From: an uncultured Acidobacteriota bacterium
Lineage (GTDB): Bacteria; Acidobacteriota; Thermoanaerobaculia; Multivoradales; UBA5704
Length of the DNA stretch: 64,000 bases
Direction: 5' to 3'
NCBI GenBank assembly: GCA_963756595.1
Contig: CAVWOZ010000017.1
Coordinates: 26,597 to 90,596, forward strand
Made by a program: the position numbers and the translations under genes. Below the pieces are notes generated by a model. The model saw only the letters and a list, made by a program, of their open reading frames with translations. It ran no database searches and had not been told where the DNA came from. Below are positions 9,164-18,771 of this stretch, piece after piece (the stretch's first letter is position 1; each line of letters starts with the position of its first letter).

Positions 9164-11517
9164 TTGGCGGATGAAACCTTCGACGTCTTCCTGAGCCACA
9201 ACAGCCGCGACAAACCCGCGGTGATCGAGATCGCCGAGGCGCTGCGGCGACAAGCGCGGCCTCAAGGTCTGGCTCGACGACTGGGAGTCTGCCGCCGGGC
9301 CGGCCGCTGGATCGACGGCTCTAGAGGCCGTCCTCAAGACCGTCCGATCGGCGCTGTATTCATCGGCAAGGACGGGCTGGGGCCCTGGGAGACCCCGAGA
9401 TGCGGGCGCCCTGAACGAGATGGTCCGCCGAAGGCTGCCGGTGATCCCCGTCCTTCTGCCTGGGGCGCCGGCGAAGTCTCCCGAGCTCCCCCTCTTCCTA
9501 CCCAGAATCACCTGGGTCGAACTCCGGAGCGGCCTCACCGAGGACGGGCTGGACCGGCTGCAATGGGGAATCACCGGCGAGAAGCCGGAGCTTCGCCGAC
9601 CGTCCCCCGCCCCACCGCCCCCCGCCGCCACAACCTCCCCTTCCCCAGCCTGGGAGACCTCTTCAAAGGGCGCGACGCCGAGCTTCGCACCTTGAGCGAC
9701 GGTCCGGCGACCGCGATCACCCAGGCGCAGACGCTCTTTGGCCTCGGCGGCATCGGCAAGACCCGGCTGGCCGTCGAGCACGCCTGGCGCTCGGGGGACC
9801 GGTACGACAAGGCGCTCTTCGTGGTGGCGGAATCGCCGCAGGCGCTCCGCTCCAACCTGGCGCAGCTCGCCCGGCCGGACCTCCTCGATCTGCCGCAACA
9901 CGAGACGGCCTCCGAAGAGAGCAACGTGGAGGCCGTCCTGGGCTGGCTGCAGGAGCACGACCGGTGGCTGGTGATCCTCGACAACGTGGACACCCCGGAA
10001 GCGGAAAAGGCGGTCCTGGAGATCCTTCCGTCCCTCGCCACGGGGCGCGTCCTCATCACCTCCCGGCTCCGGGAATGGCCGGCGAGCGTCCGGAGACAGC
10101 CGCTCGAGCTCCTCGGCCCGGAAGAAGCCCAGCGTTTCCTCCTGGAGCGCACGGCGAACGACCGCGGAGAGCAGGACGATCCGGAAACCGCCCGCCGGCT
10201 GGCCGAGACGCTGGGGTACCTTCCTCTCGCGTTGGAACAGGCGTCGGCGTACATCGCCCATCACCAGATGAGCCTCTCCGACTATCTGGAGGAGTGGCAA
10301 CGCGAGCGGGAGAAGGTCCTGCGCTGGTACAGAGCAGACGTCATGCAATATCCCGACTCCCTCGCCGTGACCTGGCAAAAGACGTTTCAGCAGCTCAGCC
10401 CCACGGCCGCGACGATCCTCCGCCTGTCCGCCTACCTTGCGCCCGAGCCCATCCCGGTGGAGATGTTCGAGCAGGGGGCGTCGATCGTCGAGGAGTCCGT
10501 CCAAGCCTTTTGCGAGGAAACCGGGGTTGAGGCCGGCGATTCATCGATCCAGTCCGCCCTCGCCGATCTCGCCGCCTTCTCGATGGCGACCCGCGCCGGG
10601 AGCGAGCTTCGTGGTTCACCGGATGGTGCAGGAGGTCCTGAGATCCAGCCTTCCCGAAGAGCACCGGCGAGATTGGATCGAGCGCTCCCTGCGGTTGGTC
10701 AACGATTACTCGCCAGCCGATCCTGATGATGTGCGGACCTGGCCGGTATGGGATCCGCTTGCGGCCGCATGCGGCGGTCGTCGTTCAACATGCCGATGCT
10801 GCCGCCATTTTCAGCCCTACAAGCAGATTGATGATTCAACTGGCGGTCTTTCTGTTGGCAAAATCACTCTACAACGAAGCTGAGCCTTTGATGCGGCGCG
10901 CTCTCGAGATCGATCAACAGGTCTTTGGTGAAAATCATCTAAAGGTCGCGGACTGACTCAACAACCTGGCTCAGTTGCTTAAGGCCACCAACCGCCCGGC
11001 CGAAGCCGAGCCCTTGATGCGGCGCGCCCTCCAGATCGACCAACAAGCCTTCGGTGAAAATCACCCAAACGTCGCCATCCGACTCAACAACTTGGCTCAG
11101 TTGCTTAGGGCTACCCACCGCCTGGACGAAGCTGAGCCCTTGATGGTGCAGGCTCTCCAGATCTTCGAGCAGGCCTTCGGTGAAAATCACCCAAACGTCG
11201 CCATAGAGCTCAGCAACCTGGCTGCGTTGCTTCAGGCCACTAACCGCCTAGCCGAAGCCGAGCCCTTAATGCGGCGCGCCCTCCAGATCGACCAACAAGC
11301 CTTCGGTGAAAATCACCCAAACGTCGCCATCCGACTCAACAACTTGGCTCAGTTGCTTAGGGCTACCCACCGCCTGGACGAAGCCGAGCCCTTGCAGCGG
11401 CACGCTCTGGCCGTCTTTGAACAGAGCCTGGGGCCAGGGCACCCAAACACCGGGATCTTGCGCAGGAACCTGGACGCTCTGCTAGCGGAGATCGCCGCGG
11501 AGTCCCAACAGGGATGA
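9164..11517 (+). pseudogene. Decayed TIR-NB-ARC-TPR (STAND NTPase) gene, copy 1, with multiple frameshifts and an in-frame stop
   Basis: TTG start at 9164 with an AGGAG SD (MADETFDVFLSHNSRDKPAV = TIR N-terminus). The TIR domain is broken by at least two frameshifts; it continues in the ORF at 9420-9695 (MVRRRLPVIPVLLPGAP...LDRLQWGITG). The NB-ARC P-loop GLGGIGKTRLA is intact. Further frameshifts fall near 10610 and 10726, and an in-frame TGA at 10955 interrupts a TPR repeat (KVAD*LNNLAQLL). TPR_10/12 repeats continue to 11517. Confidence 0.7.
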
Positions 11518-11637
11518 GAGGCGCCCATCGGCCTCTCTTCGAAGGGCCAGCCACACCGAAACAGAATCCCCCGGAGAGACACGACGTTCTGGACGCTACT
11601 GTACCCTGCAGCTCATCCTTTTTCAGGAGGCCCACCC

Positions 11638-14263
11638 TTGACGGATGACATCTTCGACGTCTTCCTGAGCCACAACAGCCGCGACAAGCCCGCCGTGATC
11701 CGGATCGCGGAGGCGTTGCGCGACCGCCGCGGCCTCAGGGTCTGGCTCGACGTCTGGGAGCTGCCGCCGGGGCGGCCGTGGCAGGAGGCGCTCGAGACGA
11801 TCCTGCGCACGGTGCGCTCGGCGGCGATCCTGGTCGGGCAGGACGGGCTGGGGCCTTGGGAGATCCCGGAAATGCGGGCGGCGCTGAACGAGATGGTGCG
11901 GCGCCAGATGCCGGTGATCCCCGTGCTGCTCCCGGGCGCTCCGCGCTCTCCGGAGCTCCCGTTCTTCCTGGCCCAGAACACCTGGGTGGACCTGCGCGAC
12001 GGCCTCTCCGAGGAGGGGCTCGACCGGCTGCAATGGGGGATCACGGGGACGCGGCCGCCGCTGCGGCCGGTGCCGTACCGGGCGGTGGCGCCGCGCCTCC
12101 ACAACCTCCCTTTCTCCTCGCTCGGCGACCTGCTCAAGGGGCGCGACGACGAGCTGCGGAGCCTCGACGCGGCGGGGCAGACGACGGCGATCACCCAGGC
12201 GCAGACGATCTCGGGGCTCGGCGGCATCGGCAAGACGCGGCTCGCCGTCGAGTACGCCTGGCGCTCGGGGGAGCGCTACGACGCGGCGTTCTTCGTCGTC
12301 GCCGAGTCGCCGCAGGCGCTGCGCGCCAACCTCGCGCATCTCGGCCGGCCGGAGCTCCTCGACCTGCCGGAGCATGGGACGGCGGCCGAGCAGAGCCTCG
12401 GGGCGGTGCTGCGCTGGCTGCGCGAGCACGAGCGCTGGCTGGTGATCCTCGACAACGTCGACACCCCGGAGGCGCAGGCCGCCGTGATGGAGATCCTGCC
12501 GTCGCTCGCGGCCGGCCGCGTCCTCATCACCTCGCGCATCCGCGACTGGGCGCCGGTCGTCGAGCGCGCAGATCCTCGCACGGCTGGGGCCGGACGAGGC
12601 GCAGCGCTACCTCCTCGACCGCACCGCCGGCGACCGCGTCACGACCGCCGACGACCGCGACCTCGCCGCCCGGCTGGCCGACAAGCTCGGCGGCCTGCCG
12701 CTCGCGCTCGCCCAGGCCGCCGCCTACATCGCCCACTACCAGACGAGCCTCGCCGACTACCTGGAGACCTGGCAGAAGGAGCGCGACGAGGTCCTCACCT
12801 GGCACGACCCCGCCGTGATGCAGTATCCCGCCTCGGTCGCCGCGACCTGGCAGACGACCTTCCGCCAGCTCTGCCCGCGGGCGACCGCCGTCCTCCGCCT
12901 CGCGGCCTTCCTGGCGTCCGATCCCATCCCGGTCGCGATCTTCGAGCAGGGGGAGGCGATCGTCGCCGAGGCGGTGGCGCTGCTCGGCGAGGAGACCGGG
13001 AACCCTCCGGGCGAGCCGACCCTGAAGGACGCGATCGCCGGCCTCGCCGCCTGCTCGCTGGTGACGCGGAAGGAGACGAGCTTCACGGTGCACCGCATGG
13101 TGCAGGAGGTGCTGCGGGCCGGGGTGCCGGCGCGGCGGCGGCGCGACTGGATCGAGCGCTCCCTGCGCCTGGTGGCCGCCTTCTGCCCGGCGGAGTCGGA
13201 CGACGTGCGCACCTGGCAGACCTGGGACGTGCTGCGCCCGCACGCGGCGCGGATCGTGCGCTTCGCGGATCACGAGGGGATCCACCATCCTACCTCGGAG
13301 CTGATGAGCCGCCTCGCGCTCCTCTACTTCAGCAAGGGGCTGGCCGGCGAGGCCGAGCCGCTGATGCGGCGGGCGCTCCAGATCGAGGAGAGCTGCTTCG
13401 GCCCCCAGGACCCGAACGTCGCGAGCCGCCTCAACAACCTCGCCCTCCTCCTCCAGGACACCAACCGCCTGGCCGACGCCGAGCCCCTGCTGCGCCGCGC
13501 CCTGCGCATCGACGAGGCCGCCTACGGCCCGCGCCACCCAGACGTCGCCCGCGACCTCAACAACCTCGCCCAGCTCCTCCACGACGCCGACCGCCCCGCG
13601 GACGCCGAGCCGCTGCTGCGCCGCGCCCTGGCGATCGACGAGCGCGCCTTCGGCCCCACCCACCCGAACGTCGCCATCCGCCTCAACCATCTCGCCCGCC
13701 TCCTCCAGGCGACGGGCCGGCTGGCCGACGCCGAGCCGCTGATCCGGCGCGCCCTCGAGATCGACGAGACCGCCTTCGGCCCGCAGCATCCCGAGATCGC
13801 CATCGACCTCAACAACCTCGCCCAGCTCCTCCAGGCGACCGGCCGCCTCGCCGAAGCCGAGCCGCTGCTGCAACGCGCCCTGGCGATCGACGAGGCCGCC
13901 TGCGGCCCGCAGCACCCGAACGTCGCCATCCGCCTCAACAACCTCGCCCGCCTCTTGAGCGCCGCCGGCCGTCTCCCCGACGCCGAGCCCCTGATGCGCC
14001 GCGCCCTGGAGATCGACGAGCGAACCCTCGGAGCCCACCACCCCGACGTCGCCCTCGTCCTCAACAACCTGGCGCTGCTGCTGGAGGAGACCCACCGCCC
14101 CCACGAGGCCGAGTCCCTGATGCGAAGGGCGGTCGAGATCTTCGAGGGGAGTCTGGGGACGGATCACCCGAAGACGCGGACGGCACGGAAGAATTTGACG
14201 GCGCTGTGCAAGGCGAACGTTTGTGAGGAGGCGGGGGTGGGAGGGGGCGGGACGCAGGGATAG
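11638..14263 (+). CDS. TIR-NB-ARC-TPR STAND NTPase, copy 2, with a single +1 frameshift near 12565
   Basis: TTG start at 11638 with an AGGAG SD (MTDDIFDVFLSHNSRDKPAV). It has an intact TIR domain, a P-loop GLGGIGKTRLAVEYAW, and the RVLITSR (hhhTTR-like) motif. The frame switches from frame 1 to frame 2 at about 12565 (VVER | QILARLGPDEAQRYLL), then continues intact to 14263 with about eight kinesin-light-chain-type TPR repeats (AEAEPLxRRALxIDExxxGPxHPNVAxxLNNLAxLL). Collinear with copy 1. Confidence 0.75.
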
Positions 14264-14348
14264 GGCTTTGGCAGGATTGGGTTTCGCCGATCCGGAGGGC
14301 TTCCTGATTCGGCTCGTCGGCGCCGCCGCCGGGCCCTCACTCCCCCGG

Positions 14349-14507
14349 CCCCTCTCTCCCCGCCGCCCTCCCGTCCGACCGGGAGAGAGGGGAGAACTGC
14401 TTGATTAGAAAGCCGGCGGGACGCCGGCGCTCCCAGGAGGGCAAACCCGCGATCGTAGGGCCCCCCTCTTCTCCCGGCGGGCTGGGGGGGAGGCGGGGAG
14501 AAGAGGG
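14349..14507. repeat. Pair of GC-rich hairpins (REP-like or terminator) downstream of TIR-STAND copy 2
   Basis: Hairpin 1: CCCCTCTCTCCCC, 19-nt loop, GGGAGAGAGGGG (14349-14392). Hairpin 2: CCCTCTTCTCCCG ... CGGGGAGAAGAGGG (14464-14507). A further palindrome CCGGCCGCCACTGGCGGCGGCCGG lies at about 14590. Confidence 0.5.
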
Positions 14508-14634
14508 TCGGGGTGATGAGGGTCAACGCCCCGAGAACGCCAACGCCGAACGGTTCGACCGCCGCCGAGGGTTATAGTTCCCCAGATCTCCGGCCGCCAC
14601 TGGCGGCGGCCGGAAGGACACGGGAGGGCGTGCG

Positions 14635-14907
14635 ATGGCGGAAGTCCCCTGCACTCATCTGGACCAGATCCAGGAAGGCGTCAAGCCGCACACCCGCGGT
14701 TGCGAGGAGTGCCTGAAGATGGGCGACACCTGGGTCCATCTGCGGCTCTGCCTCGTCTGCGGCAAGGTCGGCTGCTGCGACAGCTCGAAGAACAAGCACG
14801 CGACCAAGCACTTCGTGGCCACCCGCCACCCGCTGATCCAGTCGATCGAGCCGGGCGAGGACTGGGTCTGGTGCTACGTGGACGAGGTGATGATGGAGCC
14901 CGGCTGA
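14635..14907 (+). CDS. UBP-type zinc-finger domain protein (stand-alone zf-UBP)
   Basis: 90 aa with a Cys/His ligand pattern typical of zf-UBP: CTHL...HTRGCEEC...HLRLCLVCGKVGCCDSSKNKHATKHFVATRHP. A GGGAGGG SD lies 7 nt upstream of the ATG. Confidence 0.6.
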   Translation: MAEVPCTHLDQIQEGVKPHTRGCEECLKMGDTWVHLRLCLVCGKVGCCDSSKNKHATKHFVATRHPLIQSIEPGEDWVWCYVDEVMMEPG

Positions 14908-14936
14908 AGCGGGCATCTTGGAGTCGGGCTGAGCCC

Positions 14937-16640
14937 TCAGACCTCGCTCAGGTACTGGTGGATGAAGGAGATGGTGATCGACCCCTCGCCGACGCCGGAG
15001 GCGACGCGCTTGACCGAGCCGTGGCGGACGTCGCCGGCGACGAAGACCCCGGGGACGCTGGTCTCGAGCAGGTAGGGGTCGCGGTCGGGCTGCCAGCCGG
15101 CGGGGCGCTTGCCGTCCGGCATCAGGTCGGGGCCGGAGAGGATGAACCCCTTGTCGTCGCGGGCGACCACCCCTTCGAGCCAGCGGGTGCGCGGCTGGGC
15201 GCCGATGAAGATGAAGAGGGAGCGGGCGGGGTGGCGGATGGTCTCCCCCGTCTCCGAATTGTGGACGTCGATCGCCTCGAGGTGCTCGTCGCCGTGGGCC
15301 TCGGCGACGTTCGAGCGGCTCCAGACCTCGATGTTCGAGGTGGCGCCGATCTGGTCGATCAGGTACTGCGACATCGACTTGTTGAGCGACTCGCCGCGCA
15401 CCAGCATGATCACCCGCCGCGCGTACTTGGCGAAGAACATCGCCGCCTGCCCCGCCGAGTTGGCGCCGCCGACCACGAAGACGTCCTCGTCGCCGCACCC
15501 CATCGCCTCGGTCATCGCGGCGCCGTAGTAGACGCCGGCGCCGGTGAGCTTCTCGACGCCGGGGACGTCGAGCTTGCGGTAGGAGACGCCGGTGGCGATC
15601 AGCAGGGCGTGGCAGCTCACCTCGCGGTCGTCGCCGAGGGTGAGGATGCGGTAGGAGTCCTCGAGGCGCAGCCGCTTCGCCTCCTGCGGGGCCAGGATCT
15701 CGACGCCGAAGCGCTGCGCCTGGGTGACGGCGCGGCGGGCGAGGTCGGCGCCGGAGAGCCCGGAGGGGAAGCCGAGGTAGTTCTCGATCCGCGAGCTGGT
15801 CCCCGCCTGGCCGCCGGGGGCGTGCCCCTCGATCATCAGCGTGCGCAGCCCCTCCGAGGCGCCGTACACCGCCGCCGCCAGCCCCGACGGCCCGCCGCCG
15901 ACGATCGCCAGGTCGTAGAACGGCCGCTCGGCCTGGGTGCGCAGCCCCACCTTGGCCGCCAGCTCCGCGCGGGTGGGCTTGGCGAGGTGCGTGCCGTCGG
16001 CGAGGACGACCAGGGGGAGGAGATCGGCCGGGGACTCGGCGGGGGGATCGGCGGGCTCGCCCGCCTTCCGCTCCGCCTGGAGCGCCGCCAGCAGCTCGAC
16101 CCCCTCGGGATTCTCCTCGACGTCGAGCCAGCGGTAGGGGACCTGGTTGCGGGCCAGGAAGTCGCGGATCTGGAAGGCGTCCGGCGACCAGCGGTGGCCG
16201 AGCACGCGCACCCCCTCGAACGGCGGCCGGAAGGCGGCCTGCCAGTCGGCGAGGAGGTCGTCGAGCACCGGATAGAGGAGCTGCTCGGGAGGGTTCCACG
16301 GCTTCATCAGGTAGTAGTCGACGCGCGCCGTGTTGATGGCGCGGATGGCGGCGTCGGTGTCGGCGTAGGCGGTGAGCAGCACCCGCTTGGCGGCGGGAAA
16401 GAGGGGGATCGCCGCCTCGAGGAACTCGACGCCGGTCATCTGCGGCATCCGCTGATCGACCAGGAAGAGGGCGACGGGCGTCGTGCGCACCTTGAGCTGC
16501 TCGAGCGCCTCGAGCGCCTGCGGCCCCGAGCTCGCCCGCATCACCCGGTAGGCCTCGCCATACTGCCGCCGCAGGTCGCGGTCCACCGCGCGCAGCACCT
16601 CGGGGTCGTCGTCGATCGCGAACAGGACGGGCTTGGCCAT
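14937..16640 (-). CDS. Response-regulator receiver domain fused to a thioredoxin-reductase-like FAD/NAD(P)-binding oxidoreductase
   Basis: N-terminal CheY-like receiver (VLFAIDDDPEVLRAV...LVDQRMPQMTGVEF...KPW). C-terminal half has a dinucleotide-binding fold, IVGGGPSGLAAAVYGASEG, and a second GxGxxG, VFVVGGANSAGQAA. The TrxR redox-active CxxC is absent (AMGCGDEDV instead). The likely start is the ATG at 16640 (MAKPVLF); the longest ORF runs to 16682. Confidence 0.75.
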   Translation of the reverse strand: MAKPVLFAIDDDPEVLRAVDRDLRRQYGEAYRVMRASSGPQALEALEQLKVRTTPVALFLVDQRMPQMTGVEFLEAAIPLFPAAKRVLLTAYADTDAAIRAINTARVDYYLMKPWNPPEQLLYPVLDDLLADWQAAFRPPFEGVRVLGHRWSPDAFQIRDFLARNQVPYRWLDVEENPEGVELLAALQAERKAGEPADPPAESPADLLPLVVLADGTHLAKPTRAELAAKVGLRTQAERPFYDLAIVGGGPSGLAAAVYGASEGLRTLMIEGHAPGGQAGTSSRIENYLGFPSGLSGADLARRAVTQAQRFGVEILAPQEAKRLRLEDSYRILTLGDDREVSCHALLIATGVSYRKLDVPGVEKLTGAGVYYGAAMTEAMGCGDEDVFVVGGANSAGQAAMFFAKYARRVIMLVRGESLNKSMSQYLIDQIGATSNIEVWSRSNVAEAHGDEHLEAIDVHNSETGETIRHPARSLFIFIGAQPRTRWLEGVVARDDKGFILSGPDLMPDGKRPAGWQPDRDPYLLETSVPGVFVAGDVRHGSVKRVASGVGEGSITISFIHQYLSEV

Positions 16641-16700
16641 GGGTTCTCGGGTCTCCGCGGAGGAATATACCCGAGGTGTCAAGGGGGAGAGCTCGCAGGG

Positions 16701-16845
16701 CCCCGCCCGGGCATGAATGCCCGGGCTACAGTGGAAACGAAAAGCCGGCTGAAGCCGGCTCCGAAATCAAGGTTTCTCCTCCAGGAGCCGGGTTCACCCG
16801 GCTTTTTGGTCGCAGCGTAGCCCGGGCATTCATGCCCGGGCGGGG
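16701..16845. repeat. MITE-like palindromic element, copy A (about 145 bp, 29-bp perfect terminal inverted repeats)
   Basis: The inverted-repeat ends are CCCCGCCCGGGCATGAATGCCCGGGCTAC and GTAGCCCGGGCATTCATGCCCGGGCGGGG. Internal sub-hairpins are AGCCGGCTGAAGCCGGCT and AGCCGGGTTCACCCGGCT. About 85% identical to the copy at 24597-24739. Confidence 0.65.
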
Positions 16846-16895
16846 CCATGCCACCTCCTTCACGAGGTAGGAAGCCGCCAGCCGTGGGAGCCTTT

Positions 16896-17006
16896 CTCCT
16901 CCCCCGTACTCGGGGGAGGCCGGGAGGGGGTGCTCGCAGGCTGAGACGCTTCCTTGGTTGGAACGTTGCGGGCCCCCTCCTGACCTCCCCCGAGTACGGG
17001 GGAGGA
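16896..17006. repeat. Second palindromic element in the same intergenic region (24-bp inverted repeats about 65 bp apart)
   Basis: CTCCTCCCCCGTACTCGGGGGAGG (16896-16919) and its reverse complement CCTCCCCCGAGTACGGGGGAGGA (16984-17006). Confidence 0.55.
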
Positions 17007-17172
17007 AAAAAGCAACGCAGCTCTCCGGCGTAGGGGTTGGAGGCCCCGGCATCCGCTCCCCCCCCAACCCTGGCACCGCCTTCGCTTACAATACCCGGTC
17101 GACGCGGAGCGCGGGGCGGAACCAGGCGTAAGGGCCGCTGCCGATCCTAGGGGAACGCAGGTCTTCGAGGAA

Positions 17173-18771
17173 ATGGATCAGGCAGGCTTGAGACAAAAAA
17201 TTGGAACTTTTTGCAGCGTTCTGGCCCTTCTCGGGCAGTGGGCGGCCATGGCCCAATCGCCGCAATCGCCGCAGCCACGCCCGGTGGCGCCGGCCAGCCC
17301 TCCCCCATCCTCGGCCTCTGCGGACGCCCCCCACAAGACGGTGCTGCTGTCGATCGACGACGCTCTGCGCATCGGCTCGGGGGAGAGCGAGGCGGTGTGG
17401 ATCGCCGAGGCGGGGGTGATGCGGGCGGTGGGGACCGAGATGACCACGCGCAGCACCCTCTTCCCGCAGCTCTCGGCGAACGGCGCCTACATCCGGACGC
17501 TGCGCAGCCAGTTCGGCAACATCAAGATCCCGGCGGGCCCCGGCGGCGGGACCGAGACGCTCCCGTTCGGCCAGAAGAACGAGTACTCGCTGGGGCTCAA
17601 CTTCTCGCAGCTGATCTTCGACGGCCAGACCCTGCCGCGCACCAAGGCGTCCGAGTCGCGGCGGCGCTCGGCGGAGATCAACGCCGACTCGGCGCGGGCG
17701 GAGGCGCTGCTCGACCTCACCGGCGCCTACTACGACGCCCTGCTGGGCGAGCGGCTGGTGGCGATCGCCGAGGCGTCGCTCGCGCAGCAGGACGAGATCC
17801 TGCGCCAGACGACGGTGGCCCAGCAGGTGGGGGACAAGTCGGAGTTCGAGCTGCTCCAGGCGCGCGTCTCGCGCGACAACCAGCTGCCGCAGGTCCTGCA
17901 GAGCCGCAACCAGCGCCAGGTCTCCTACCTGCGCCTGAAGCAGCTCCTCAACCTGCCGCTCACCGACGAGCTGCAGCTCACCTCGCCGCTCGAGGAGCTG
18001 CCGGCCCGCTTCGCGGCCCCCGCCGACCTGTCGACCGAGGCGCGGGCGCCGGTGCGCCAGGCGCAGGAGGAGGTGACGGCGAACCAGTCGCTGCTCACCG
18101 CCGCCAAGGGGGAGCGCTGGCCGACCCTCTCGCTCGCTTCGAACTACAACCCGGTGGCCTACCCGAGCGGCCTACCCACCTACGGCGACTTCCTCACCAA
18201 CTGGTCGGTGACGCTGAGCGTCTCGGTGCCGATCCTGAACGGCGGCCGACTCGCCGGCGACGAGCTGACGGCGCGCGGCAACCTGTCGACGGCGCGGGCG
18301 GAGCTCCAGCAGACCCGCAAGGCGGCGGAGCTCGACGTCGAGACCTCGCGCCTCAACCTCGCCAACGCCGAGGCGATCCTGAAGAGCAACGAGGGGACCG
18401 TCGACTCGGCCCGCCGCGGCTGGGAGATCGCGCAGCTGCGCTACCGCGAGGGGCTGGGGAGCCAGATCGAGCTGCAGAACGCCCGCCTCCTCTTCGAGCA
18501 GTCCGAGGTCAACCGGGCGCAGGCGCTGCGCGACGTGCAGGTGGCGCGCGCCCGCCTCGCCCTGATCCGCGACCTGCCGGTGACAGCGGGCAACGGCGCC
18601 GGCAACGCCACGGCGCAGAACGGCGCGAACGGCTTCGGGAACGGGAGCGGGAGCAACGGCATCGCCGCCGGATCGTCACAGCCCGCGCAGACGTCGCAGC
18701 CGCAGACCGGGCAACCGTCCACGAGCCCCGGCACGACGGGAACCACCATCCCCGGAGTCTCCCCGCCATGA
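17173..18771 (+). CDS. Outer-membrane efflux protein (TolC/OprM family outer membrane factor)
   Basis: Signal peptide, then two repeats of the OEP coiled-coil/beta-barrel pattern. The stop overlaps the start of the next gene (ATGA), giving a three-gene efflux operon. Confidence 0.8.
   Translation: MDQAGLRQKIGTFCSVLALLGQWAAMAQSPQSPQPRPVAPASPPPSSASADAPHKTVLLSIDDALRIGSGESEAVWIAEAGVMRAVGTEMTTRSTLFPQLSANGAYIRTLRSQFGNIKIPAGPGGGTETLPFGQKNEYSLGLNFSQLIFDGQTLPRTKASESRRRSAEINADSARAEALLDLTGAYYDALLGERLVAIAEASLAQQDEILRQTTVAQQVGDKSEFELLQARVSRDNQLPQVLQSRNQRQVSYLRLKQLLNLPLTDELQLTSPLEELPARFAAPADLSTEARAPVRQAQEEVTANQSLLTAAKGERWPTLSLASNYNPVAYPSGLPTYGDFLTNWSVTLSVSVPILNGGRLAGDELTARGNLSTARAELQQTRKAAELDVETSRLNLANAEAILKSNEGTVDSARRGWEIAQLRYREGLGSQIELQNARLLFEQSEVNRAQALRDVQVARARLALIRDLPVTAGNGAGNATAQNGANGFGNGSGSNGIAAGSSQPAQTSQPQTGQPSTSPGTTGTTIPGVSPP

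Noticed and set aside
12527-14167. 546-aa and 181-aa minus-strand ORFs opposite the TPR region (RARRISGSAS repeats)
   Set aside because: They are the reverse-complement translation of GC-rich TPR repeats, so the periodicity mirrors the sense strand. No independent support exists.
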